Origin: Piromyces finnis finn
Lineage: Eukaryota > Fungi > Neocallimastigomycota
DNA length: 64,000 nucleotides
Assembly: GCA_002104945.1 (NCBI GenBank)
Contig: MCFH01000049.1
Coordinates: 62,001 to 126,000 of the forward strand
Direction: 5' to 3'
Shown: in pieces, positions 17,874 to 31,930 of the stretch
Numbering within the stretch: the stretch's first letter is position 1
How the letters are laid out: the number at the start of each line of letters is the position of its first letter
Made by a program: the position numbers and the translations under genes
The notes under the pieces: model-generated
The model's input: only the letters and a program-made list of their open reading frames with translations
What the model was told of the DNA's origin: nothing
The model's database searches: none

Positions 17874-19529
17874 ATGGAACCTTTCTCACTTACCGCTGTT
17901 TTTGTAGTTGGTCTTGCTTTTGCATTTTTAGATGCATTTGGAATTGGCGCAAATGATGTATCAAATTCCTTTTCCACTTCAGTTGCATCAAAATCTTTAA
18001 CATTAAAACAAGCATGTATTATTGCAATTTTCACTGAATTCTTCGGTGCCGTTTTACTTGGTTCTCACACAGCTAAAACAATTCGTGATGGTATTATTAA
18101 TTTATCAGAATTCAAAGGAGAACAAGATATTCTTATGGTTGGTATGATGTGTGCTTTAATTGGATCTTCTACTTGGGTTTTAACAGCTACAAAATTTGGT
18201 CTTCCTGTCAGTACTACTCATTCAATTATTGGTGCCACTATTGGTATTGGTATTGCTACTCATGGATTTGGTGTTGTTAATTGGGGATGGGCTGGTAAAG
18301 GTGTTCTCCAAATTATTACTTCATGGTTCTTGAGTCCAGTAGCTGCTGGAATTGTTGGTGCAATCATTTATAATTCTGTTAAATATTTGGTTTTGAAACG
18401 TCGAAATCCATTTAAATCAGGTTTAAGAAATATTCCATTTTATTTCTTTATTACCATAGCTATCATTGTCTTTTTCATTATCTATAAAGGTGCCCCAGGT
18501 TTAAATCTTAGTAAATTAGGATTCCCAACTATTGTTGGAATTACTATTGGATTTTCACTTTTAGCTGCTCTTTTCTCTGTTATTTTTTATGTTCCATGGA
18601 TTAAAAGAATTATTAAGGGAAATGAAGATTTAAGATTTTACCATATTCCATTTATTCATTTCATAGGTGAACGCAAGAAAACAACGATGTCATCTATTGA
18701 AGAAGGATTAAATAACACCAAGGATACATACTATGAAAAAAATATAACTAATGAAATGAATCAATCCGTAGGTGATATTAGTGATTATTATTTAAATTCA
18801 AATAAAACTATCAATAATAATAGCAACTTTAATAATAAAGATGCTGAATTATATAATAACAAACTTAAAAATGAAGAAACCACTGCTTCTAAGAAAATGA
18901 AAATTAGTAAAATTCTTAGTAATGGTATTAATAAAGAAATTGCCGATTATAAGAGTGATGAATTAAAAGGAATGCATGATGCAGCTATACGATATGATGA
19001 TGATACAGAAAAATTATATTCTTTCCTTCAAATATTTACAGCTTCTTTTGCTTCCTTTGCTCACGGTTCTAACGATGTTGCCAATGCTGTTGGACCTTTA
19101 ACTACCATCTATTATATATGGCACACTGGTTCAGATCCAAGTTCAAGTCTTTCTATTCCTATTTGGATTCTTATTATGTGCGCATTAGCAATTAATATTG
19201 GTTTAATTACTTATGGTTATAATGTTATGAGATCACTTGGTAACAAAATTACATTATTAACACCAACTCGTGGATTTTGTGTTGAATTAAGTGCATGTTT
19301 AACTGTCTTATCATGTTCACGTTTATCTCTTCCAGTTTCTACTACTCATTGTATTACAGGTTCTACAACCGCCATTGGATTATGCAATGGTAATACTAAA
19401 AGTGTGAATTGGAAACTTTTAGGCTTTTGCTTTTTCTCATGGTTGCTTACTCTTCCCGTAGCAGGTTTAATTGCTGGTATTATGTTTAAAATTATTTATC
19501 CAATAGTATATTACTATGGTATTTTATAA
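17874..19529 (+). CDS. PHO89: Inorganic phosphate transporter, PiT/PHO4 family (Pho89-like), intronless
   Basis: 551-aa ORF with both family signatures (GIGANDVSNSF and HGSNDVANAVGP), two LPVSTTH motifs and many hydrophobic segments. Confidence 0.95.
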   Translation: MEPFSLTAVFVVGLAFAFLDAFGIGANDVSNSFSTSVASKSLTLKQACIIAIFTEFFGAVLLGSHTAKTIRDGIINLSEFKGEQDILMVGMMCALIGSSTWVLTATKFGLPVSTTHSIIGATIGIGIATHGFGVVNWGWAGKGVLQIITSWFLSPVAAGIVGAIIYNSVKYLVLKRRNPFKSGLRNIPFYFFITIAIIVFFIIYKGAPGLNLSKLGFPTIVGITIGFSLLAALFSVIFYVPWIKRIIKGNEDLRFYHIPFIHFIGERKKTTMSSIEEGLNNTKDTYYEKNITNEMNQSVGDISDYYLNSNKTINNNSNFNNKDAELYNNKLKNEETTASKKMKISKILSNGINKEIADYKSDELKGMHDAAIRYDDDTEKLYSFLQIFTASFASFAHGSNDVANAVGPLTTIYYIWHTGSDPSSSLSIPIWILIMCALAINIGLITYGYNVMRSLGNKITLLTPTRGFCVELSACLTVLSCSRLSLPVSTTHCITGSTTAIGLCNGNTKSVNWKLLGFCFFSWLLTLPVAGLIAGIMFKIIYPIVYYYGIL

Positions 19530-20101
19530 AATCATTAAATAAACTATAATCAAAAAAATAATAATAATATTAATAATAATATAATAATAATAACGTATCG
19601 ACTATCAATATAAAGCTTTTTTACTATTACTTTCTTCATATTTACTTCACACATGAAAGTAAATATATTTAAAAAAAGATATAAATATATCCTATCTTTG
19701 ATAATTTAACATTACAATGTTATACATTAGTATTTATTAATTATTTTCTATAATTAATAAATACTAATATATATAATAATTAATAAAAAATTTTTTGTTA
19801 AAAACAAAAAATAATCTACATTTCCAATTTCTAATATATAAAAATAATAAATATTTTTAAGTTGTAAATAAAAAAAAATATATTTTAAAATAAAATAAAT
19901 AAAATGTTTTGTAGTAATTTTATTTTATTAAATTCATTTTTGTTAATAATTTAATAATCCTATACATCCAAAAAAAAAAAAAGACGTTTATTAACAATAA
20001 AAAAAAAAAAATAGTGTAATATAAAATTCTTTATTACCAATATTTATAATTTATCAAAAATTCATTATAAAAAAAAATTAGTTTTTTAGATAAAACCAAA
20101 A

Positions 20102-20940
20102 ATGAAGTTGGCATTTATATATATTTTATTGATTTTATTAAACAATAAATAAACTTATCAAAAATATTCATGATTCTAAAACAAATGTTTTTGAATTAAT
20201 TGCAATAGTACTTATAATCATTATAATTCCAAGAATTTAAAAAGTATAAAGAAAGATTTAGAAATTTATCAAGTAAAATAAAAAGTGAGAAATACAGTAA
20301 TATTACAACTACTAGTCTAGTTTATGAAGAAAAATACTTCAACTACTTTTCTAACTACAACTGGCAAAGATTCTGATACAAATAATGAAAGTAAATACTA
20401 TGTAACAAAGTGTGACATCTACAATCATAATAATTATAAAAAATGTACAAAATGAAAAGAAGGATTTACTCTTTCTCCAAATTAAAACACTTGTATAAAA
20501 TATGAAGATGGATACTTTGTGTCAGAAAAAAAATGTACAAATATTCTGATAATTGTGGTAAATATTCTTTCCTAACATAATATAAGGAATATGAAAAAAA
20601 TATATATATCTATATATATATATTATTGGAATAGTAGAGTCAATAAATGACTTGAATTTAATTATATTTCAAATAACTATTTTGATAAAGAAGATGGTAA
20701 TGGACAATCAAGTAGTGTAATATTGAAACTTTTACCTATGCATATGGTATGGAAAAAGGTGAACATTCACTTTCTAAACCATCATCATTTATTGATAAAA
20801 GTTCATATGAAATATAAAGTTTTACTTGGAAATATTGTCTACACTGAAGGATTAATTAATTCTAAAAGGAATGAACAATTTAAAATATATTATTTATGTA
20901 AAGTATCAAATAATGCTTATGGAATGGAATTTTGAAATAA
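20102..20940 (+). pseudogene. Decayed secreted Cys-rich protein (furin-like/CXXC repeat remnants)
   Basis: Signal-like start MKLAFIYILLILL then a stop. Later KCDIYNHNNYKKCTK*KEGFTLSPN*NTCIKYEDGYFVSEKKCT...DNCGK, with multiple stops. Confidence 0.45.
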
Positions 20941-21509
20941 TATTAACAAGATATTATAAAGTATTATTATATAATGCTATTTTAATTAATAATATTATGA
21001 GAATTAAAAATTCTTGTAATGAAAATTTATTACTCTTAGTCTTAAACTTTTTAAAATTTTAATTATAGTGATTTTTGATAATTAATGAATAGTTTAGTTT
21101 TACAAAAATTATAGAGAATAGAAATAATAATAATAATAATAATAATTGTTTTCAACAATCTATGTTTTCCCTTTTAAATTATTTATACCAATAATAAAAT
21201 AGAGTTAATATAAATGAAATCCAATCTCTCCATGGTTCATTTTAATTACAGTTAATTTTTTTTTTTTTTTATAATTTTTTACTTTTTATTTTGATTAATT
21301 TATTATTTTTTTATATTTTCTATTTTTTTTCTATGAAAATTGCATTTGTTCAACAACAATGTTTTTATTTTTTTTAGTTTTATATCAATTTGTTATGAAA
21401 AAGGTTTTATTTTTTTCTTTCCGAGATTTACTTTTATATGACATTAACTGTAAAAAAATTCATTTTACAGTCACCTAAATTAGTATTTTGATATTTCGAT
21501 TATTTTGAA

Positions 21510-22333
21510 TGTTTATAAACTGTCTCTTTATTTTTTATAGAAAAATTTTCTTATTCAATGTTTTCAAGAATTCCATCAATGAAATAACAAGTAGAAAAGT
21601 AGAATTCAAACTATTAAATAATAATGTTTATATATTAAAATTATGTATATTGTAAATATAGTTGTATAATTTTTTTTTTTTACTTTATTAATATCTTTTG
21701 AATCCTACTAATATAATTAATACTTACAATAACGAAATTATAAATAAAACAAAGAATTAAACCTCCAAAAAAATATATTTTATTGATATGTTCTTCATTA
21801 TCTATATTCATAAAAGAAATAATTGTAAAAACACCAGAAAAGAAAATTGAAATTCCTACTTGTATAAAAACTATAAATTTAAACCACTTTTTAAAATTTT
21901 TTAAAATTCCTTGTTTTTTCTAATATTAATATTAATAATAGTATAAATAAATAAAATTTTATTAATAAATAATTAAATTCATTTTCATTATTCATGTATA
22001 AAAAAAAAAATGAAATAAATATAATACTCACTCTTATAACACCATAAATAAGAATTAAATGATAAATACTGAAATAAAGAAACATAAAAGATACAGCAAA
22101 TTCTCCAACTTTTTTTCTCTCTGAGATATACAAATTGAAAATTGCATCAACAATAGCGTTACAAATCTTTATAATTTCGATTTAATTAATAAAATTTTTT
22201 TATACTAATTTATTTATTTTATTTTAATTTTTTTTAATTGAATACTACTTACTGCTAATAAAAGAGTGAAAATTATAACAGATATTTTCTTTGTTAGGAA
22301 AGGATAAAAAATACATTTATCTAAAAAACCAAA
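21510..22333 (-). pseudogene. Four-TM Cys-N-terminal family copy A (start codon lost, stops in last exon)
   Basis: Exon 1 reads GFLDKCIFYPFLTKKISV..., with GTAAGT/GTGAGT donors. The last exon reads EFYFSTCYFIDGILENIE*. Confidence 0.75.
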
Positions 22334-23119
22334 TTTTTCTTTCATTGTTTTATTATTATTACTTTAAAATTTTTATATATATAAATAGTTGAATTTTTTT
22401 TTTTTTAAAAATTAAATAATATTGGAAAATTATTTTCTTTTTATACATATTTCAATATTTGTGTAACCCTTCAAATTTTTTCATTTCTATTAAAATTTAA
22501 ATTGGTCATATATTATAATATATTGTTAATTAATCTAATATTAAAACTTTAATAAATATAAAATTTAATTGTGGAATCTTCTTTTTATCCTTTATATAAA
22601 TTTGATGAATAATGTATTAGTATGAGTTTTAAAAACATGTTAATTATATATATTGTATATTTTTAGTATGTCTTTTAAAAACATTATGTTAATTTATAAT
22701 ATAAATAATAAAACATTTAATAATGAAATATGTTGATGTATAATTATACTAACCGTTTAATTATTTTAAATAGGTAATGGATATTTATGTGTTCTATTTT
22801 TTAATTTTATTTTTTATATTTTGCTTTAATTATAGTTTTACACATTTTATTTTCATTTATTTTGTTTTTTTTTTTTTATTGCTAATTAAGAATTTTATAT
22901 TTTATATTTTTTTTTAATTATTTTACATCTCTTCATGTGAATTGGATTAGTTTAACATTTTATTATTTAACAATTGATAGTGAAAGAAATTATTTGATAC
23001 ATATTTTTTGAATATTTATATATATGGTTTGATATCCTATTTTATATATCGTTAACTGTAAAAATAGCCATTTTATAAGAAATTAAATATGTATTTTGAT
23101 ATTTTTTTTTAATTTTTAT

Positions 23120-23690
23120 AAACCATCTTTTTTTTTTTTTCTAACTGAATTTTCTAATTCATAGGATTTAATAAGACTATTAAAAAAATGGATATGTAAT
23201 AATCAATCTATTAAATTAAATATAATAATAGATATATAATTAGGCATATTACATTAATTTTCATTTTTTTTTCATTTCATATTATTATCTTTTTAATTTT
23301 ATTAATAATGCTAATATTTACATGAAATAAACTAATAATTAAACAAGAAATACTAATAATAATAATTATGGTGGTCAAGTCGACATTAATTAACTTTTTT
23401 GTTATATCCCTATTAATCACATATATTAAAGCGAGTAAAGCTATAGCTAAAATTTGAATAATAACGACAACTCTTAAAGATACTTTATTATTTTTTAAAT
23501 GACTTAGATTTTCCTAGTACAATATTTATAATATTTAAAATTCTTTGGAAAAAAATAATTTTTATTTACGTATAGAATTAAACTTACACATTGGAAACTA
23601 AAAATTATGTATATAAAAACACAAATTAATAAATGTTAAAATATTAAAAGTGCATTTGATACATCATCAAAATATTATACCTTATTATTA
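23120..23690 (-). pseudogene. Four-TM family copy B (exons 2-4 recognisable, degenerate)
   Basis: Exon 3 reads ENLSHLKNNKVSLRVVVIIQIL.... The last exon resembles ...SLIKSYELENSVRKK..DGL*. Exon 1 is not recognisable. Confidence 0.6.
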
Positions 23691-24750
23691 ATAAAAAAAC
23701 AATAATGACATGAATTTCTTTTTTTTTTATTTTTAATTTAAATATTATTATTATTAATAAATTTCACATTTATTTACCTTTAATTTACCTATGCTTTTTC
23801 GTTATAATTATTTATTGTAATTAATTATATTTTAGCTAAAGGTACTTTTAAATAATAAATATGTTTCTTCTCCTTCACAGCCTTCCTTTGTAATTTCTAT
23901 ATATAAATTTATGAAAAATTTTTAATAATTTGTGTAACCTCATCATTAATGAAAATAAATCAAATAATCAAACCTTAATAAATATAAAAATATAATGTGG
24001 AATAATCTTTAATTTATTTTTTTATTAAATTTAAATTTGAAGCATAAAAGAAATACCTAATAATAATATAAAATAGGCAGAAGTAGTAGTAGTAGAAATT
24101 GTTGTGTTGGTTGGTTTAGAGAGATATTTATTATTATTTAAAATGTTTTTTGAAAAAGAGCATTGAATATTATATAACAAAAATAATTGATAACAATGTA
24201 GCTTCATTGAAAAAAAAAGGTTTAATTAGTAATAAGATGATATGAAACGACTAATTATACAAATCCATAATAAAAATAATTTTGCATGGTTTACCACTAC
24301 AACAATACATATATAATTTTTTTTACAAGAAAAAACTACATTTATATCATTGAATTATTAGTGTTTCTCTATCAATACATTTCTTGACCATTCGTAATGT
24401 ATAGTATAATAGTGCTCAAATATAATATTCATTTATTGTATGTAAAGAACAAGCATTAACAATATATTTTGTTATATTTTTTTATTTAAAAATCTGATAC
24501 TATGATTATTAAAGGATATTAAAAGAACAAGGAATGCTTTTTTGCTTTTATCAATAATTAATATAATACTTATTTTTAATACTATTTATAATTGTATAAA
24601 AAATATATAATAATGATAATGAATAATATTTATTTTATTTAATATAAAAAAGTTACACAAAGATTAATGAAATTCGTATAAAAAGAAAAAAAAATTCAAA
24701 TTAAATAAAAAGTATTATAAATAAGAAATTATAATAAAAATTATAATGAA

Positions 24751-25510
24751 ATGGGTCTTTTTAGCAAATGTATTCTTTGTCCTTTCTTAACAAAGAAACA
24801 ATCTGTTAAAGTGTGTACTTATATATTACTTGTAAGTATTTTTTTAAGTAAATATGAAAATAAACAAAGAAAAATATAATAGTATGAAATTATGTATTAT
24901 GTTCAATGATATTAAATTAAAAGAAAAAAGGTTTTTTCATGTATTTTTCATCTTTAGTTATGAAATACTTTTTTCTATTTTTATAAATATTTCACTTATA
25001 TTCTTACTTTTAGGAATGAAAGATGTAAGTATATGTATTATTATTTGTTGCATATTTATAAATTTTATTAATTATTGATATTACAATAATTATGGATATT
25101 ATTATTAGAATGATCCTAAACTTTTAAAAAAATTTAAAAAATGGTTTAAAATCATTCTTATCCTTATATTAGCAATTTTCATATTTATTATTGCTTTAAT
25201 TATTTATCTGTATGTCCTTAGTCAAATTAAACTCGACATATATTTTAATTTATTTATAATTATTTTTTTAATTTATTATAGTATTTATGTAAGTAAAACA
25301 ATACATACAATTATATACACATATAATTGCATATGCATAATTCCAATAATTCTAATGTATTGTTATTATTTTTAAAATAAATATTTTTTTATTGTTTTTT
25401 TTTCAATTAACAAGGTTTATTACTACAAATTCACATGTCATTATGTTGATGAACTTATTAAAACTATTGAATTAGAAGAGTCAGCAAGAAAAGAAGAAGA
25501 CGGTATATAA
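24751..25510 (+). CDS. Four-TM family copy C (4 exons)
   Basis: MGLFSKCILCPFLTKKQSVKVCTYILL|gtaagt. The last exon is VYYYKFTCHYVDELIKTIELEESARKEEDGI*. Confidence 0.8.
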
Positions 25511-26394
25511 ATATTCAAAATGTATAAAAATTTTGTTGGTTGTAAAATGATTTTTTTTACAATGAACAAAATATAAAAAATTGGATATTCAACAAGTATC
25601 TATAAAAATAAATAATATAAAAAAAACAATAGTTATAAAATAAATTAAAGTATTGAACAAAATTCAATTATCATAAACAAAATATATGAAAAAAAAAAAA
25701 AGATAATAAAAATTAAAAATAGACAAACAAAAATAATAACTAACTAAAAAAAAAAATAAAATGTAAAATTATAATTAAAATAAAAGTTAAAAAAAGCAAA
25801 AGAAAAAACAAAAACACATAGATATAATATAAATAAACTGTTAAAATAGGTAAAATTCTGTATATTTGTATTTATTTAATGGCTTTGTTTTATGAAAATT
25901 GATATCAATTTATAAAATTTATAGTAGTAATAAATAATAATAATAATAATAATAAAAAGATTTTAATTAATAATTTCTTGTTAAATTATTGTTCTTCTTT
26001 AATTAGTGAAACTATTCCATTCGATTATCCCTATAAATAATTAAATATTATTTATAAAAAATAATAAAAAAAAAATACTATTATCAATTTACACTATATT
26101 TTATATGTGTGCATTTTATTCATTCATTTAATGATAATATTAGAATATCAATCCACAATATTTTGAATGTTCAAGGTAAAAAGTTATTTTAATACTATTA
26201 TTATTATAATTCTATATAAAAAATAAAAATTACATTATTAAACAGAACTTATATTTTATTTTTATTCGAATTTAGAAAATAAAAATAAAATAATTAGGTA
26301 TTATGATTATATATTTTATCTTTTGAATATACTAAAAGATAAAACTAAAAGGTTGGTAAAAATAAAGAAATAATAGTCCAATTAAATATACTTT

Positions 26395-26726
26395 TACATT
26401 TTTATTGAATAGGTAAGAAACGATAAATGATAAATGCTCTTTATATATATATAAAAAACAAGGTTACCTAAGAACATTGAAATTGGTATAAAAAGGAAAA
26501 AAAAAAAAATTCCACTTTCAATTTTTCAATAAAAAAATAAATTTAATGAAAATCAATATTACTATCAATATAATAATAAAATAAATAAATGTAATAAAAA
26601 AAATAAATATATTTTTACCATTAAAACTACTTACAATTAATAAATAAAAACAAATTTTAACATATTTTTTTGCTAAAAAACAATGAATACATGAATAGAT
26701 TTATTCAAAAAAAAAAAAAGAAACAT
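26395..26726 (-). pseudogene. Four-TM family copy X (frameshifted exon 1, decayed exon 2)
   Basis: Exon 1 contains CFLAKKYVKICFYLLI|gtaagt out of frame with the ATG at 26726. Confidence 0.6.
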
Positions 26727-27359
26727 TTTCCTTTTTTTTTTTAGTATTGAAAGTTTTTTTAATTTTCATTTGAGGAAAAAAACAATTTTTTTATTCCGTT
26801 TTTTATTATTCTTCGTGTAACCTTTAAATTTTTCAATTATATTAAAAATCTAAATATCCATATATTAATTTAAAGGAAATAAATTAAATAAACTAACTTT
26901 AATAATTATAAAAAATAATAATAGAAATTCTTATGGTTTTTACTTATTTATTTATTGTACACTGCTACTAGTAAATCATTTTACATAAATATTTATATTT
27001 TGGAATGTAGCACTATTTTGAGATATTAATTTGTTCTTTTGTTTTTTTTTATATATACTAAAAAGGTTCTTTAGATATATTATAATTTTTATTATTATTT
27101 TTTTATGTATCAACTTTAATAGAAAAAGAATAAAAGATTATTCCACAATTCAATTTTATATTTATTAGGGTTTTTCTATTTGATTGATTGATTACCATTA
27201 AATTAATATATGAAAAAATTTGAAATCTTAATAGATATGAAAAAAAATAAGAGGTTACACAAATAATTAAAAAGAATATAAAAGAAAAAAAAATTCCCAT
27301 TTTATTATATTTTAAAAAAAAAAAAAATTCAAATATTTATATAAAAATAAAATAATAAA

Positions 27360-28166
27360 ATGGGCTTTTTTGATAGATGTTTTTGTTTTCCTTTATTAAC
27401 GAAAGAGCAATCTGTTAGAATATGTACATATATATTAATGGTAAGTAGTATTCAATTAAAAATAAAATATTTAAAAATTTAATAATGAAAAAAAATAAAC
27501 CATTACATAAATGTATTAATTAAAAGATATTTAAATAAATATAAAAAAAAAAGGCAGCTAATCTTATTTTGTTACCTGGTAGTATAATTTTATCTGTTCT
27601 TTCAATAATTTCACTTTTAAATTTACTTAAAGGAATGAATAATGCAAGTATTTATATTAAAAATTATTATTTATAAATTATAGTATTGAATACAAATGAT
27701 AATCTATAATTTTTTAAATTATTTTTTATTTATATTATTATTAGAGTGATCCAAAATATTTAATTAAATTTAAATCGTTATTTAAAATTGTAATGGTTTT
27801 ACAAATAATATTTCTATTTATTATTGTTGGATTTTATTGTATTATCCTGAAAGAATTTCCTACAGGAGATAGTTTTTATCGTTTTTTTATATTTACTGGA
27901 TTAGCTTCTTATATAATTTATTTCTTGTCTTTTGTAAGTTTTAATAAATTAATAAAAATGTTAATAATATATATATAATTATATTGATGCTATATATAAA
28001 TATAATATAAATATATAAATATTAAAATATTATTATTATTTTTAAATAAATATATATTTTTTTAATACATAAGTTTGATTACTACAAATTCACAACTCGT
28101 TACGTTGATGAACTTCTTGAAACTCTTAAAGTAGAGAATTCAGCTAGAAAAGAAGAAAGTTTATAA
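27360..28166 (+). CDS. Four-TM family copy D (4 exons)
   Basis: MGFFDRCFCFPLLTKEQSVRICTYILM|gtaagt. The last exon is FDYYKFTTRYVDELLETLKVENSARKEESL*. Confidence 0.82.
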
Positions 28167-28469
28167 ATGTTTTAAAAAATACATAAAAGAATTAATTCAG
28201 TTAGTTGTATAATGATTTATTTTTACAATAACAGAATATAAAAAAAAAATGGATTTTATTCAAAAGATAAATATATCCAGCAAAAAAAAACTTTAATAAC
28301 AATTGTTATAAAAAATTAAAACACTGTTATTGTACTAATTTAATTTTCATAGATAAAAAAAAAAAAAGTTGTAAAAAATTAAAAATAAAAAATATAATAA
28401 AATAACAAGGTATTAAAAAAAAAAAAAAAAAAAAAAGAAATAAAAAATACATAAATAAAAAATTAAATA

Positions 28470-28550
28470 ATTAGAGTTGCGGTTATTTTCTATGTTTAGC
28501 AGATGAAAAAGCTATTAAAATTTGTACCTACTTATTTATTGTAGGTAGTT
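28470..28550 (+). pseudogene. Four-TM family exon-1 remnant
   Basis: SCGYFLCLADEKAIKICTYLFI followed by GTAGGT; no ATG and no downstream exons found. Confidence 0.55.
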
Positions 28551-28587
28551 TATAAATAAAAATATAAGTACTTGATAATGAGAAATC

Positions 28588-28624
<37 letters not shown>

Positions 28625-29184
28625 TCTTTTATTATTTTTTATAAATAATATCTAAATCATTATAATAATAATCGAATAGAATGGTTTCAACAAAAGTAGA
28701 ATAATATTTTGATAAAAAATAAAATAAGTAATTTTTTTTTTCTTCTTCTTCTTTATATATAACCATTTATTGTTGTTACTCTACAATTTTTTAAAACTGA
28801 CTTTGATAATTATAAAATAAAATAAATAAAATAAAATAGAACGATTAAATAAAATAAATATTTAAATATACAAAAAATGTTGAATTATTTTAATAGTTTA
28901 TTGATATTCTAATTTTCCATTTTTTATTTCTTTTTTTAATTTTTTATTTTTTTTAATAATATTTGAGTTTTTTATTATTTTTTTTTATATAATTGAATTA
29001 GTTCAATAATAATGTTTTAATTATTTTTATTTATAACTCATGTTATAATTACTATGAAAAGAGCTTTTAAAAAGAATGTTTTTTTTATCTATTAATGAAT
29101 ATCTAATTTTTTATATTTTAAAAAATGAAACTAAATTTGTATTTTTGATATTTCATTATTTTAAATCTCCATAAACCATTCTCT

Positions 29185-30016
29185 CTAATTTCTAACTGAA
29201 CCTTCTGATTCATAAGCTCTAATAAGTCTATTGAAATAACGCAATGTAGATATACAGTAATCAATCTATTATATTAAAAAAAGTAATTCACACACATATA
29301 GATAGATAATTTTAAATATTAATTTTTTACTTTTTAATTTCATATTAATATCTTTTGAATGTTTTTAATATTATTAATACTTACAAGAACTAAACCAAAA
29401 ACTAAACATGGAATAACAATAACAATAATAGTGATCGCCAAGCTATTATTTATTAAAGTATTGTAAAAATACATCATACATACGATATAGGAACCGGAAA
29501 TAATTGTAATCATAATTTGAATAATACTAATAATTAATGAAAGTACTTTAACTATTTTTAATTGCTTTAGATTATTCTAATAAAATATTAGTAATAAATA
29601 ATTAATATTTCATATTTATAAACAAATAAAATTTTACTATCATAATTTATATATTTGTAGTAAAAAAAAAATACTTTTATATATAAATAATTAAACTTAC
29701 ACTTTTGAAACCATAAAATATATATATATATATAAAAATGGAAGCAATCATTAAAATAAATAATAGATTTACACCATAATCAATAAGATAGATTATTAAA
29801 TAAAAGGCAAAAATAGCATGAATCATCTTTATTTTTTCAATTAAATATTATTTAGTAAATAAATTTTAAATTAATATACTTTCTTTTTTTTTTTTTTGTT
29901 ATAATTAATTGTATTTTTAGTCATTAAATACTTACAAATAATATAAAAGTGAATATTTTAATGTATAGTTCCTTACTTATGCAAGGACAACAAATACATC
30001 TATCAAAAAAGTCCAT
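29185..30016 (-). CDS. Four-TM family copy E (4 exons)
   Basis: MDFFDRCICCPCISKELYIKIFTFILF|gtaagt, open exon 3, last exon IDYCISTLRYFNRLIRAYESEGSVRN*. Confidence 0.78.
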
Positions 30017-30754
30017 TTTCTTTATTTATTTATTATAATTTTATATATTTAATTTTAGTATTTTTCAACAATATTTTTCCAAAACTAATTTGATTTTTGG
30101 TTTTTTATTATTATTTTTAATTGCAGGCAGCTTTTGTTTGCGCTTAATTTATAAACTTTATTAATAAAGCTTATTATCTTATTGGATACAATTTTGGGGA
30201 AAATACTTTTGTATTTATATTGTTTGTGAAAGGTATTAAATTGTGTTAAATCTAATAAACCTCAAATAAATATTTAATTCAACAAGTAACTCTTTGAGTT
30301 TTCTTTATCTAGTCTTCCAAAAAATAATTAGACAATAATCCACAATTCATTTTTATATTTATTAAAGTTTTTATTTTTCATTAAATTACTAATATAATAA
30401 TATGTTCAAGTCACATATTATTTTTATATCATAAGGTCATATAAAGGGAAACAAACTATATAATTAGACTTTAGTATAAATTAAGTAAAAAATATTAAGA
30501 GTTGGTTAATTTAGGTTTATAATTATGTCAACTTTATTAATATATTTTATGATAAAGAACTACTAACGTTACATTCTTCTCAAACTACATATATTTATAC
30601 ATTTACATTGTGGCTTAAATATCTAATCAAATACAATACATACAAATACGTTTCAATACATTTCAATACATTTCAATACATGTGACATAACGTTTCACAT
30701 ATTCTAACAAAAAAAGAGTAAATTAGTCTCCATCTAAGAATATAATAGGTATAA

Positions 30755-31495
30755 AAATTGGGTATAATATATTTGAGTCATTTTAATTAAAGAAAGAAAG
30801 CCACTATCATACTAAAGTATAATAATTGTATTTGACTCCCAAATGGGACACCGAGTCAATTTTTTTTTTTTTTTTTTTTTTTTTAACTTCCGAGTGCATT
30901 TGTCCCATCGATCGGAGTTAGCTCCAATGGTGGTTCTTAGAGAAACGTTGGCTCATTTCTATTGCTAGGTGATTGTAACCCTCCTGGTCTGTCATACTGT
31001 TTCTTCAGCTTCGACGCTCACTTAATCCATGTACATTAGATGCATGTCACCGAGTCAAAGATCAAAATTTTGTCATGGAACAAAATTATGATCTCCATTG
31101 GCTGCGCTGGCCTTCCTGGCCTGTCTTACTGTTTCTTCAGCATTGACGCTCTTAGATGTTGTTTCAAACCTTTTGAATATTGACCATTGTTGGCCAATAA
31201 CAAAAAGCATAATTTTAGTTAAAAGTTCCACTGTTACCGTCAAGAATGGTGTTCCTTCGTAGGTGCCCGATTGAATCTGACACTTGCAAAGTTCTTTCCA
31301 TTCCCTTTTATTGTAGTTGATATTATTAAAATTTCTTCCCCCAAGAAGGAATTTAAATATTTTATTGCACACACTAGAATAATCATATACACATATTAAT
31401 ATTCACCGGATTATTAGAGCTATTACTATTATTAATTAAATTACTATCGAAATTAGAATTATTATCTTCATTATTGCTATTACTTCCATTATTAC

Positions 31496-31564
<69 letters not shown>

Positions 31565-31930
31565 TGGTAGGACTGTTGGAATTACGTTGACTGAAAAAAT
31601 TGAATAACTAAACTATGAAATTGTAATGTTTAATACGGATATCTCTAAATGTTGGACAATCTAATAACCAATGCTTAATACTTTGATCACCACTCTTGCA
31701 ACATGGACAGTAGTTAGGACTGACTGAAAAATATCTTTTCAAAACCTTGTTATTAAGAGCTTTAATAACTGGTTTAAAGAGAAGGATTCTTATCAAATGG
31801 AATATCATGATAAGAGTAGTTGGAATGGATTTTCCTGCAAAGTTAAAATGTTGGATCTTTCTTGTTCTGATTTTCTACTGATTCAGGATGAATCACCATC
31901 GTTGAACTTTTCTAGATGCCAAATTTCATT
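30755..31930 (-). mobile_element. 5'-truncated LINE (ORF2 C-terminus plus 3' UTR), same family as 52050-54740
   Basis: Zinc finger CPCCKSGDQSIKHWLLDC, Asn-rich tract and GTPFLTVTVELL; colinear with 53900-54740. Confidence 0.9.
30860..31047 (-). mobile_element. 5'-truncated copy of the SINE-like element, inserted in the LINE 3' UTR
   Basis: 25-nt poly(A). Perfect 11-bp TSD CACCGAGTCAA at 30849-30859 and 31048-31058. About 5 differences from 40609-40771. Confidence 0.9.
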
